Of a DNA stretch of 64,000 nucleotides, positions 40,173 through 50,262 are shown one piece after another (the first letter of the stretch is position 1; each line of letters starts with the position of its first letter). The DNA is from Candidatus Krumholzibacteriia bacterium (GTDB taxonomy: Bacteria; Krumholzibacteriota; Krumholzibacteriia; Krumholzibacteriales; Krumholzibacteriaceae): positions 1,344,001-1,408,000 of the forward strand of contig CAWIIQ010000001.1 of NCBI GenBank assembly GCA_963836185.1, read 5' to 3'. The notes below the pieces were generated by a model. It was not told the DNA's origin and ran no database searches. It saw nothing but the letters and a program-made list of their open reading frames with translations. A program made the position numbers and the translations under genes.

Positions 40173-42130
40173 ACGTCGGAGGCGCACCTGAAGCCGACTG
40201 CGATATCGACCCAGGAGTACTTGACCGCGTTTCTCGTATAGACGTTGCAGCACATCCTGCCCGAGTGCCATCCGCCTCCTCTTATCACGGCGATATACCC
40301 CTTCTCCGGGCCTGTCGGATTCTTGTACGGGCTTGTTTTGTAGAAGTCGGGGTGGAAGTAATCGTTCACCCACTCGACTACATTCCCTGACATATCATAC
40401 AGACCGTATCCGTTAGGCGGATAGCATCCGACCGGAACGGTGCCGATGAAGTTCGGGCCGACGCGGTAGTTCCCGTCGGTCGGCAGAAGCTCATCACCAG
40501 TGGGGAACTTGACGCCAATCAGGCCGCCTCTCGCGGCCAGCTCCCACTCTGCCTCTGTCGGGATGCGTTTACCTGCCCACTTGGCGTAAAGGCGCGCCTG
40601 GGAGAGGCTCACTCCTACGACAGGATAGTCGGGCCAGTCGGGGCCGCAGTGGTACTCGTCCATCCCCCAGAACTCGGGCCAGTTCTTTCCAGTCTCCTCA
40701 CAGAACCGCTGGTACTGCGCATTGGTGACCTCGTACCTGTCGATATAGAATGAATCGACGAAGACCTTGTGAGCCGGATCGTACAGTCCGTTTTCCTCAC
40801 CGCCCATGATGAATTCCGATGCGGGGACAAGCACCATATCCATCAGGGCCAGGGTTCCAGGGGGGATCGCCAGCGCTGTATCGAGCGGCGCGTCATACCC
40901 CGTAGTATGGTCTTTCCAGGTCTCCCGTATATGGATATCGAGAGGGAGCCAGGGCGAATCGGCAAGCCTGGCAACGGTGCGGTGAAAAGCTGTCGAGCAG
41001 TTGACCCTGACGCCCGAGTTCGGAAGCCTGAATGTCACTATGGATGAGCTGAGGTTTGGCGCCCCGCGCGGGAGCTCCCCGGCAAGTGTCACGCTGTCTT
41101 CCTCGCCGAGCCTCGCCGCTATCTCGACAGCGGCGCAGCATGTCTCGCGGTCCACGAGTACTACGATGTCCCTTACCGGCTGAGCGGATTTCCATTCGAG
41201 CGCACCTTCTACGAACGAATCGACGAGCGTCCCGCTTCTGCTTGTAGAACCGCGCAGGTCCAGGATCATCCTCGAAATACCTGCGTTCTCGAGTTCGGCA
41301 AGGCTCTCGGCGATGATCTCTTCTGTGTCCGGCGCGCCGTCATCGGGCCCGAAATATCTCAGTACAGCTGCAGGATTGTCGCCCTCGGCAATATCGATCA
41401 CAACAGCCTGGGTAGTTCCGACCGGGCGCAGCATCGCCTTGCCCTGAAGTGAGGTCGTGGTCCAGCCAGTATTATTGAAGGAGCTTGGAGGGATGGTCGC
41501 GAGGCTGACCTCGATCTCGATGCCGTCGTCACCGGTGAAGCACCGCGTCGACAGTGAATCTGTCGACTGCGAATCCAAGTACGTCAAGCACTTCTCCGTA
41601 CGATATCCATTCCGGGACCGAGACGAGCCATTCGGCATAGTTGTCGCGCGATATGAGGGGGCGGACGGCGGACACTGCTTTGGAGACAGGCTTTCCGCCG
41701 ATCGAGGTGAGTGTCTTCCCTGCTGCATTCTCGTATCCCGGCGCGGCGGAGACGACCCTCAGTTCACTGCCGAAATATCTCAGCTCGACAGGCAGGCGCG
41801 TGAAATGAGTATCGAGCCATTCACGTTCGATCGCTGTCGATCCGTCGCCGATCATCGCGAGAACGCGGCTCAGTTCGACCAGTATCCTTCTCGTTCTCCC
41901 AGTGGCCCGAGGCTGTCGACGAGTGCTGCCCTGGCATCACTCAGTTTATCTTCGGTGGTATTGCGGTAGAGGCCGGGATGTTCCCGGTCAAGGCGGGTGA
42001 ACAGGTCGTTGATGTCGGACTGCCAGAGTCCCGGCACCATGTGCTGTTTTCCCTCGCGGTCACCGCTGCTGCATCCGGCGGCTGCGAGAAAGAGAAAGAG
42101 GACGAACAGGGTCGTGCAAAACGATCTCAT
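40154..42130 (-). CDS. Lipoprotein with S41-peptidase-like region and C-terminal FGE-sulfatase (SUMF1/EgtB/PvdO) domain (frameshifts near 41870 and 41580)
   Basis: Lipobox AAGC; ILDLR motif; FIMG, YEVTNAQY, PVVGVS, RIPTEAEWE, NGYGLYDMSGNVVEW, RGGGW, GFRC. Confidence 0.7.
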
Positions 42131-42149
42131 GATACCCCTCCAGGACGGT

Positions 42150-42383
42150 TCATTTCATCTCGCGCACAAGGCGGGGGATCTCTCCTTCTTCAGGAAACCT
42201 GTTGCAGACTTCGCGATCCTTTTCATAGATCACGGTATCGTCCGCGGTCACTTCGAAGATGCCGCCTTTTCCCCCGATGAGCTCGACGGTCGAACCGGGG
42301 AACTCGCTGAGCAGTTCAGCCTCCACACGGGAGGCTTCGGCGTTGTAGTCTCAAGGTACGCAGTATTCGATTCGGAATTTCAT
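42150..42383 (-). CDS. Rdx/SelW-family selenoprotein (CxxU), 77 aa, missed by the ORF track
   Basis: Manual translation MKFRIEYCVP-U(TGA at 42351-53)-DYNAEASRVEAELLSEFPGSTVELIGGKGGIFEVTADDTVIYEKDREVCNRFPEEGEIPRLVREMK; Rdx motifs IEYC, GGxFEV, RFP; GAGGAG SD; SECIS-like hairpin. Confidence 0.9.
42318..42336 (-). promoter_or_regulatory. Bacterial SECIS-like hairpin
   Basis: mRNA AGCCUCC-CGUGU-GGAGGCU, a 7-bp stem starting 14 nt after the UGA, with GU in the loop. Confidence 0.7.
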
Positions 42384-42418
42384 CTGGTCTCCTCTTCCGG
42401 TATACACCTGAAGTGCTT

Positions 42419-42754
42419 TTAGTATCCAGCCTTCTCCGGCGGACGCCTCTCGGGAACGTACTCGTGGGGGATCATTTCCTCGTTCCATTCCTTAGAGACA
42501 TAGAGGCTGCAGTAGCAGCTCCCGAACTCGGCGACATCCGGCTCGCGGTAATCGCATGGACAGCATATGTCGTGGTCCTGCTCGCGATCGCCGCTGGCAA
42601 GGCGGCAAGGGCAGCAGAAGAAACCGTAGCGTTCCTTGTTCGTCAGCAGCCCTTCGAGCAGGCCCATCGTGAGATCAATGTCTTCGTTGAAGAAGTAGCC
42701 CTTCTTCTCCTGAAGTGGCTTGAGCCGTTCGTACAGTTTTTGAGCTTCCGTCAT
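42419..42754 (-). CDS. Ferredoxin:thioredoxin reductase catalytic subunit-like
   Basis: GLLTNKERYG, CPCR, CPC, CYCSLYV FTR cysteine pattern. Confidence 0.9.
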   Translation of the reverse strand: MTEAQKLYERLKPLQEKKGYFFNEDIDLTMGLLEGLLTNKERYGFFCCPCRLASGDREQDHDICCPCDYREPDVAEFGSCYCSLYVSKEWNEEMIPHEYVPERRPPEKAGY

Positions 42755-43008
42755 TCCAGACCCAGCGCTTCCCGGATCTCTCTCTCCTGGAATCCGACTA
42801 TGACCGTCTCGCCGATCTGTATGGTGGGGTAGGAGACCCTCGAGTTGAGCTTTCTGACTTCCTCAACGATAGCGCGCCGCTCATCGCCTGTGAGGAGGTC
42901 GACATCTGTGGCCTCGAACTCGATCCCCTGACTGGTGAAGAACTCCTTTGTCCGCCTGCAGTGGCTGCAGGTACTGAGTGTATACATCCTGACGGTTATG
43001 TCGGTCAA
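42751..43008 (-). CDS. Glutaredoxin/NrdH-like redoxin
   Basis: MYTLSTCSHCRRTK, SYPT, IVGF; 4-bp overlap with the FTR gene. Confidence 0.9.
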   Translation of the reverse strand: MTDITVRMYTLSTCSHCRRTKEFFTSQGIEFEATDVDLLTGDERRAIVEEVRKLNSRVSYPTIQIGETVIVGFQEREIREALGLE

Positions 43009-43308
43009 ACCGGTCCTCCTCGGGTTAGAAATGCGTTAATGTGCGGCCGGCTGAAATCCCTCCATGCGCCATATGGCGCATGTGCAGGGCGAAAACCGAA
43101 CCGGGCAGAAGGATTCTTACACAGAGCAGGGGCTGATGTAAAGGAAATGCAAGTTTTTACTCGACTTTCACACGTAAATCGTTATTGTACTGTGTGCACA
43201 TCGGTTTCCCCTGCGCCCGCCGGCGCATCACGGGGCCGATTCTTGCCAATTACAACTATAACTTTTTCGTATAAGAACCCCTTACGGGACAAAGACGGGA
43301 GTAGTTCG

Positions 43309-46300
43309 ATGAGCAGAAAGATGGTGACGATCGACGGAAACGAAGCAACGACCTATTCGGCTCACAAGCTGAACGAGGTCTGCGCGATCTATCCGATCAC
43401 TCCGTCGTCAGCCATGGGCGAATTCGCTGACCAGTGGTCCGCCGACGGCAGGACGAACATCTGGGGTACGATCCCCAACGTGACGGAGATGCAGAGTGAG
43501 GGAGGGGCAGCGGCGGCCGTACACGGCGCGCTTCAGCGCGGCGCTCTGACGACGACTTTTACCGCGTCCCAGGGACTGCTCCTGATGATCCCGAGCATGT
43601 ACAAGATCGCCGGCGAGCTTACGCCGACTGTCTTCCATGTCTCGGCCAGGTCGCTCGCGACCCACGCCCTGTCGATCTTCGGTGATCACAGCGACGTGAT
43701 GGCTGTACGCCAGACCGGTTTCGCCCTCCTTTCATCGAACTCGGTACAGGAAGCGATGGATATGGCTGCAATAGCCCAGATGGCCACCCTCGAGTCCCGC
43801 GTTCCCTTCCTTCATTTCTTCGACGGATTCAGGACCTCGCACGAGGTCGACAAGGTCGAACTGATCGAGGACGACCAGTACAGAGAACTGATCGACGAGG
43901 ACCTCGTAAGGGCACATCGCGACAGGGCGATGAGTCCCGACAAGCCGGTCCTTCGCGGCACCGCTCAGAATCCCGACGCCTACTTCCAGGCGCGCGAGAC
44001 GATCAACCCGTTCTACAACGCCTGCGCCGGCATCGTCATGGATGCGATGAAGAAGTTCGAGAAGGTCGTCGGCCGCAAGTACGAAATATTCCAGTATTAC
44101 GGCGCACCAGATGCCGAGAAGGTCATCATCGTAATGGGCTCCGGCGCCGAGACGGTGCAGGAGACCGTCGACTACGTCAACTCGAACGGACAGAAGGTCG
44201 GCATGGTTAAGGTGAGGCTCTTCAGACCTTTCGATGTAGACAGTTTCATAAACGCGATCCCTGCCAGCGCGAAGATGCTCGGCGTCCTCGACAGGACGAA
44301 GGAGCCCGGCGCGATCGGCGAGCCGCTCTACCAGGACGTCCTGACCGCGCTGGCCGAGAAGCACGAGCTTACAATGTCGCGCTTCAAGGATGGAATCGCC
44401 GTCACAGGCGGAAGGTACGGGCTCTCCTCGAAAGAGTTTACGCCCGCCATGGTCATGGCCGTTCTGGACAACATGTCCGCCAAGGACCAGAAGAACCACT
44501 TCACCGTCGGTATCGATGACGATGTCACGCACATGAGCCTCGATTATGACAAGGATTTCCTCGTCAAGCATCCGAATCAGACGAGGGCGGTCTTCTTCGG
44601 GCTCGGTTCCGATGGAACGGTCGGCGCTAACAAGAACTCTATCAAGATCATTGGTGAGGGAACCGACATGTACGCGCAGGGCTACTTCGTATACGATTCG
44701 AAGAAGGCCGGCTCGGTCACAGAGTCGCACCTGCGCTTCGGCAAGGACGAGATCCACTCGCCCTACCTGATCGCAAAGGCCGACTTTGTAGCATGTCACC
44801 TGTTCCCCTTCATGGAGAGGATCGATATCCTCAAGTACGCGACAGAGGGAGGGACCTTCCTTCTCAACAGCCCCTTCCCCGCAGATGAGACCTGGGACCT
44901 GCTGACATACGAGGTCCAGAAGGCGATCATCGACAAGAAGCTCGAGTTCTACGTGATCGACGCCAACGAGATCGCCACCGAGCTGGGGCTAGGGGGCAGG
45001 ATCAACACGATCATGCAGACCGGCTTCTTCATCCTCGGCGGAGTACTCCCCAAGGAAGAGGCGATCGAAGCGATCAAGAAGTCGATCAAGAAGACATACG
45101 GACGCCGCGGCGAGAAGGTCGTCAAGATGAACGAAGCGGCCGTCGACGCTACCGAGGCGAACCTGCACAAGATCGAGGTTCCTGCCGAGCCGACGAGCAA
45201 GCTGCACATGATCCCGCCGGTACCCGAGGATTCACCCGAGTACGTGCGTGAGGTCATCGGAAAGCAGATCGCCCGTGACGGAAACGATATTCCGGTCAGC
45301 GCGTTCGCTCCCGACGGTTCGTTCCCTACAGGGACGACGAAGTACGAGAAGCGCAACATCGCCCTCGAGATCCCCGTCTGGGATCCCGACGTCTGTATCC
45401 AGTGCGGCAAGTGCGTTCTTATATGCCCCCACGCAGTAATCAGGGCGAAAGTCTATGACGCCGACAAACTCGAAGGCGCACCCGAGACCTTCAAGTCGGC
45501 CGACGCGGTTGCGAAGGATTTCAAGGGCAAGAAGTTTACAATACAGGTGGCTCCCGAGGACTGCACAGGCTGTACCCTCTGCTTCCAGACCTGTCCTGCC
45601 AAGAACAAGGAAGAGGAAGGGAAGAAGGCGCTCAACATGGCGCTGCAGCCCCCTCTGAGGGCGACGGAGAAGCCGAACTGGGAGTTCTTCAAGGGCCTCC
45701 CGTACATCGACCGCGGAGAGATCAATGCGACCGCTACGAGGACCGTACAGTTCCTCGAGCCTCTCTTCGAGTTCTCCGGCGCCTGCGCAGGATGCGGCGA
45801 GACGCCGTACGTGAAGCTGCTTACCCAGCTCTACGGCGACCGCACCATGATCGGGAACGCCACGGGCTGCTCCTCGATCTACGGAGGCAACCTGCCGGCG
45901 ACACCGTACACGATGGACAAGAACGGACGCGGCGTTACCTGGAGCAACTCGCTCTTCGAGGACGCTGCCGAGTTCGCGTTCGGTATGAGGCTCGGTCTGG
46001 ACAAGCAGATCGAGTATGCAAGCGAGATGGTACAGAGAGTCTCCGGCCAGATCGGTGACGAACTGACGAAGGGGATCCTCGAAGCGGACATGAGCGACGA
46101 GAACGGTATCCGCGAGCAGAGGGCAAGAGTCGTCGCCCTTCGCGAGAAACTTGCCGCTATCGATACGCCTGACGCGAAGAACCTCGCCGGCCTCGCAGAT
46201 GTCCTCGTCAGGAAGAGCGTATGGGCGCTTGGAGGCGACGGATGGGCATACGATATCGGGTACGGCGGCCTCGATCACTCGCTGGCGCTGGGGCGTAACC

Positions 46301-46899
46301 TCAACGTGCTGGTGATGGACACCGAGATCTACTCGAACACGGGCGGCCAGATGTCGAAGGCGACGCCGATGGGTGCGATCGCGAAGTTCGCTGCCGCCGG
46401 CAAGCAGATGCCGAAGAAGGACCTCGCAATGATGATGATGTCGTACGGATACATCTACGTCGCGAGGATCGCGTTCGGCGCCAACGAAGGCCAGGCGATC
46501 AAGGCATTCATCGAGGCGGAGGCCTACGATGGACCGTCGATCATCATCGCCTACTCGCACTGCATCGGGCAGGGCCTCGACATGAGGCGCGGGCTCGACC
46601 AGCAGGCGCTGGCCGTCAAGACGGGTTACTGGCCGCTGGTCAGGTACAACCCCGACCTGCGCAGCGAGGGCAAGAATCCTCTGCAGCTCGACTCGAAGGC
46701 CCCGAGCATCCCGCTCGAGGATTACATCTACAACGAGAACCGCTACCGCGCCGTCAAGGCGAGGGACCCGGAGATGGCTGCCGACCTTCTGAAGAGGGCG
46801 CAGGCAGACGTCGAACCGCCGCTGGAAACTCTACGAGTACTGGGCCGCGATGCCCGGGCCCGATGCAGAATCCAAGTAGCATCCGGAGCGGATAGATGA
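43309..46899 (+). CDS. nifJ: Pyruvate:ferredoxin (flavodoxin) oxidoreductase
   Basis: IYPITPSS, EMQSEGGA, GLGSDGTVG, CIQCGKC, FSGACAGCGE, GGDGWAYDIG; a probable frameshift near 46815 would put the true end (RRWKLYEYWAA...) at TAG 46879. Confidence 0.95.
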   Translation: MSRKMVTIDGNEATTYSAHKLNEVCAIYPITPSSAMGEFADQWSADGRTNIWGTIPNVTEMQSEGGAAAAVHGALQRGALTTTFTASQGLLLMIPSMYKIAGELTPTVFHVSARSLATHALSIFGDHSDVMAVRQTGFALLSSNSVQEAMDMAAIAQMATLESRVPFLHFFDGFRTSHEVDKVELIEDDQYRELIDEDLVRAHRDRAMSPDKPVLRGTAQNPDAYFQARETINPFYNACAGIVMDAMKKFEKVVGRKYEIFQYYGAPDAEKVIIVMGSGAETVQETVDYVNSNGQKVGMVKVRLFRPFDVDSFINAIPASAKMLGVLDRTKEPGAIGEPLYQDVLTALAEKHELTMSRFKDGIAVTGGRYGLSSKEFTPAMVMAVLDNMSAKDQKNHFTVGIDDDVTHMSLDYDKDFLVKHPNQTRAVFFGLGSDGTVGANKNSIKIIGEGTDMYAQGYFVYDSKKAGSVTESHLRFGKDEIHSPYLIAKADFVACHLFPFMERIDILKYATEGGTFLLNSPFPADETWDLLTYEVQKAIIDKKLEFYVIDANEIATELGLGGRINTIMQTGFFILGGVLPKEEAIEAIKKSIKKTYGRRGEKVVKMNEAAVDATEANLHKIEVPAEPTSKLHMIPPVPEDSPEYVREVIGKQIARDGNDIPVSAFAPDGSFPTGTTKYEKRNIALEIPVWDPDVCIQCGKCVLICPHAVIRAKVYDADKLEGAPETFKSADAVAKDFKGKKFTIQVAPEDCTGCTLCFQTCPAKNKEEEGKKALNMALQPPLRATEKPNWEFFKGLPYIDRGEINATATRTVQFLEPLFEFSGACAGCGETPYVKLLTQLYGDRTMIGNATGCSSIYGGNLPATPYTMDKNGRGVTWSNSLFEDAAEFAFGMRLGLDKQIEYASEMVQRVSGQIGDELTKGILEADMSDENGIREQRARVVALREKLAAIDTPDAKNLAGLADVLVRKSVWALGGDGWAYDIGYGGLDHSLALGRNLNVLVMDTEIYSNTGGQMSKATPMGAIAKFAAAGKQMPKKDLAMMMMSYGYIYVARIAFGANEGQAIKAFIEAEAYDGPSIIIAYSHCIGQGLDMRRGLDQQALAVKTGYWPLVRYNPDLRSEGKNPLQLDSKAPSIPLEDYIYNENRYRAVKARDPEMAADLLKRAQADVEPPLETLRVLGRDARARCRIQVASGADR

Positions 46900-46905
46900 T
46901 AGAGG

Positions 46906-46933
46906 AAGGGCCGCGGTTAACCGCGGCCCTTTT
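46906..46933. terminator. Terminator after nifJ
   Basis: AAGGGCCGCGG-TTAA-CCGCGGCCCTT plus T-run. Confidence 0.8.
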
Positions 46934-46963
46934 CATTTATAACAATGTTACTGTTTCTGCCTG

Positions 46964-48060
46964 TCAGCGCAGCAGGACCATCTTCTTCTTCATCGAGAAC
47001 TCACCGGCGTCCAGCCTGTAGAAATATATCCCGCTTGCGACATAGGCGCCCGATGAGTTGGTGCCGTTCCATATCTCCGAGTAACTCCCGGCCGGCAGTG
47101 ATGGAGTTCACCAGCTCACTGACCAGGCGTCCGGATGCATCGTAGATGCTCAGTCTCACATGGCTGCTTTCTTTCAGCCCGAACTGTATCGTCGTAGACG
47201 GGTTACGGGTTGGCCAGTTCTGTGAGAGGTAGTCGCTGTGTGAAGGTCGTCGGCGGATCGTCGCCTGTGACCTGGCCGGGAAGGAGAAAGCGCGATACCC
47301 GCTCTCGTTTCCGTGGATATCTATCGCGGAGACCTTGTATACGTAACCGTCTTCCCATGTCCAGCCGCCGTCGAAGTACATCGTGTCATAAGCGGATGTA
47401 AGGTAACTCGTGGCATCCGGCACGAATGTCGGATAGATGCCGCGGTAGATCACATAGTGAGAGAGATCCTCTTCGGTGTTCGAGTTCCAGACAAGGTCCA
47501 TTCCTTCAGGTGAATACTCCTGCTCGCCGGTGAGGCCGACAGGTGCGGTGGGAGCGAGGTTGTCGAGTGAGTAACCACTGTCAGGTTGCGAGGTCCAGAC
47601 TACGAGAGGATCGCCGGTGTGCGCGGCGACCTGGTAGTAGCTGTAAGTAAATGCTGTCTCTAGAGAGGTGAAATCTGTATCGAGGACTTTTGAATACCCT
47701 TCGTAGTACTGAGCAGTCTGCGTTTCGAGCAGTTCCCAGTAATATATCGAAGCTCCGACAGTTTCGTAGCGGATAACCATCCCGGCAGGGCATTCCCGGT
47801 TCACCATCATCATTGGGGCTGATTGATTCTAGATCCATAGGCTCTATTCCAGATTCCAACATCAACATCGCCGAGGCCGGACTGAGTGATTTCCATATCG
47901 AGTAATACGTGATTTCCTGGTACGGCAATGAGTCAAGATAACTCGCGTTCCATGTGAGCTCAACCTTGCCGCCCTGGTCCATCGGAACATCGGTCACCTC
48001 TTGATGAAGGCTCCGAGGACCGAATACCGTCCGTCGAGCGCTGCCGTACGTGGCGGGCAT
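46964..48060 (-). pseudogene. Broken FlgD-Ig/T9SS-like CTD protein (FN3-like region)
   Basis: Fragments DVPMDQGGKVELTW, GYSLDNLAP, YKVSAIDIHGNES, IYDASGRLV, KKMVLLR in several frames; no intact 5' end. Confidence 0.65.
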
Positions 48061-48654
48061 CGTCCAAGGCGCGACTGCCCGCGCTCTGCTTCCGAGAGCG
48101 ATGAGTCAGTCTGGGAAGGGGGGATACTTGCTGATGTATGCTGTCTGGGTTCTAAATATTGTTCGTCTGAATCAGTCTGAGCCGTGAGATCGCTGGTCTG
48201 CAAGTGGCGCTCTACAGTGGAGTATAGAAGCGTCTGCTGCGTCCGAGTATATATAATTTTATCTTTCGGTATTCTGATGCATGCATGCGCCTTATTTGCG
48301 GCAGCGTCCAGTTCTGCTACGTTCATGACGGCACGGGAGGGAACAATGTCAAGAGCGCGCGCCGAGAGAAGTGAGATATCTTACAACTGGCTCGAGACTC
48401 CGTACTACCAGAACCTCGAGTTGATGGCCCGGTGCTGACGTGGGCGTCAGGGACTGGCGAGGGAAGACAGCGATGTTGTGGGTAACGTGCTCATTACGCA
48501 GCGCTATCCGAGGAACGTCGCATGGCGGGGACAGCCGCGAAGGAGCGAGCTATGGAAGGTACAGGTTTACAAACAATACCTTCATCCACCGCTGGGTGAT
48601 CGAGTCTCGCATATTTCGGGCACTCGGTGAAGATAGTTGGAATGTCGTCCGCGG

Positions 48655-50262
48655 TTATTTTGGAACGGGTTTGAAGATCGTGTCGAGTATCGTCCCGTCT
48701 CTCCACTCGACGACCTCGACCGGCTCGTCGGTCAGTTCTGGAAGAGGGGGAGTCGAGCCGAACTCGGCCGCCGCTTTTATTGCAAGGTCGCGGAGCTCCT
48801 CTATCGTTACAACCTTGAGGCCGCTCGCCGCGGCATTATTTTTCAGGGCGCCCATGTACTTCGCTTCCGACTTCGGATTGAATGCGACGTACTCCTCGGT
48901 CACCGCGACATCGATACACTCGCCCGGTACCGATACGGTGTAGACGCTGTCGACTATCCTCGGGAATCCCTTGCCGCTCTCCTTCTTGCCCGTTGCCAGC
49001 GGGAGGAACATGATCGTCAGCTCGGAGCCCGCCGCGACGCCCTGCGCGCCGCCGATGCCGCCGATGATCCGGCCGCCCGCGCAGATCGAGTTGACGTTGA
49101 AGTCAGTATCCATCTCGAGTGTGGAGAGGACCGAGACATCGAGCATGTTCACAGCGTTTTCTCTATTGGCCATGTCGTCGTATTCACCGGTCGATATCTC
49201 GTGGTGGTTGTGGTCGAGGAGCATCGATTTGATGACCCGCTCCGACGGTTCGAAGCACTGCCCGTGAAGGAGGTTCTCGATCAGGCCCTCCTGGAGCATC
49301 TCGACGTGCAGCGATGTGCAGCCGCCGATCGAGAAACCGGACTGGATCTTCTTCTCGATGAGGATCTTCTTGATCTCGTCGAGGACGATCAGCCCCGCGC
49401 CCGAGCCTACCTGGAAATTAAACCCGTCGAAGATCACCTCGGCGGCATTCATCACATTCAGTACCTGTCCAGCGATCTGCGAGTTGAACGCGTTCGCCCT
49501 TATCCTCTCTATGTCCAGGGTGCCCGAGCCGACACCGGAGGCATCGCCCGGATTGTCGACCTTGACTACGTAGTCGACGTCGACCATCGAGAGGGAGCGG
49601 GGGAAGAGGTACTTATCGCTGATCTCGCCGGCGAGCAGGCAGACGTTCTCCGCCCAGAGGGTATCGGCGAGGAAGAGGCCGAGCGGGCCGACCCACGAGT
49701 CGGGATCGCCCATAAGTCCGTTGGCGTTTCCCCACTGGTCGGCGATCGGTACGGGGCCGAAGGCGACCTTGATCTTCGCCTCGCCTGTATGGAAGCGCCT
49801 TACCCTGTTGCCGTGCCCGTACCCGGTGACGATCCAGGGAAGGAAGTCGCCCGCCATCATATGAGCGCCCATCTTGCGGTAGCACGATCCGTTTATCCCC
49901 GTGATCGTCCCGTCGGCGATAGCTTCGGGGAGCCATGGGACGCAGTTGTCGAAGAAGGCGTTGCCGAGGAGCTTGATATCCTTCAGGCCCTTCTCCCTGA
50001 GCTTTGCCACGATGATCTCGAGACAGTGGTCGCCGAGGCGGTAGTAATGCGGGTACGATATCCAGTCACCGTCCTGGAGTATATCGATGACCTCATCGAG
50101 AGTCGTGACCTTGCTCTTTCCGCTTCTCATCTTCGCGCGGCCGGGGCGTCCGGCGTAGGGGTCGCTGTAAGCGGGATCGAAGGCCTGGCTGAAGGGCTTC
50201 TTTTCTACGCCGTTGACCACGGCAGGGACCCTGCGTCCGAGAGAGTTCTTGACGAAATCCAT
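48655..50262 (-). CDS. citF: Citrate lyase alpha chain / citrate CoA-transferase-like
   Basis: LQDGDWISYPHYYRLGD, GHGNR, DQWGN, VDYVV, FQVGSGA, DTDFNVN, GGIGG, PGECIDVAVTE, VVEWRDGTILD. Confidence 0.8.
   Translation of the reverse strand: MDFVKNSLGRRVPAVVNGVEKKPFSQAFDPAYSDPYAGRPGRAKMRSGKSKVTTLDEVIDILQDGDWISYPHYYRLGDHCLEIIVAKLREKGLKDIKLLGNAFFDNCVPWLPEAIADGTITGINGSCYRKMGAHMMAGDFLPWIVTGYGHGNRVRRFHTGEAKIKVAFGPVPIADQWGNANGLMGDPDSWVGPLGLFLADTLWAENVCLLAGEISDKYLFPRSLSMVDVDYVVKVDNPGDASGVGSGTLDIERIRANAFNSQIAGQVLNVMNAAEVIFDGFNFQVGSGAGLIVLDEIKKILIEKKIQSGFSIGGCTSLHVEMLQEGLIENLLHGQCFEPSERVIKSMLLDHNHHEISTGEYDDMANRENAVNMLDVSVLSTLEMDTDFNVNSICAGGRIIGGIGGAQGVAAGSELTIMFLPLATGKKESGKGFPRIVDSVYTVSVPGECIDVAVTEEYVAFNPKSEAKYMGALKNNAAASGLKVVTIEELRDLAIKAAAEFGSTPPLPELTDEPVEVVEWRDGTILDTIFKPVPK

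Noticed and set aside
41997-42422. 141-aa + strand ORF
   Set aside because: Antisense shadow of the selenoprotein gene; no recognisable motifs
42961-43308. 116-aa N-terminal extension of PFOR
   Set aside because: Overlaps grx and the intergenic region; the family N-terminus begins at ATG 43309
48184-48438. Second selenoprotein (ORF ending Cys-TGA)
   Set aside because: No redox motif or clear SECIS; another frame gives an ankyrin-like sequence; the region is low quality
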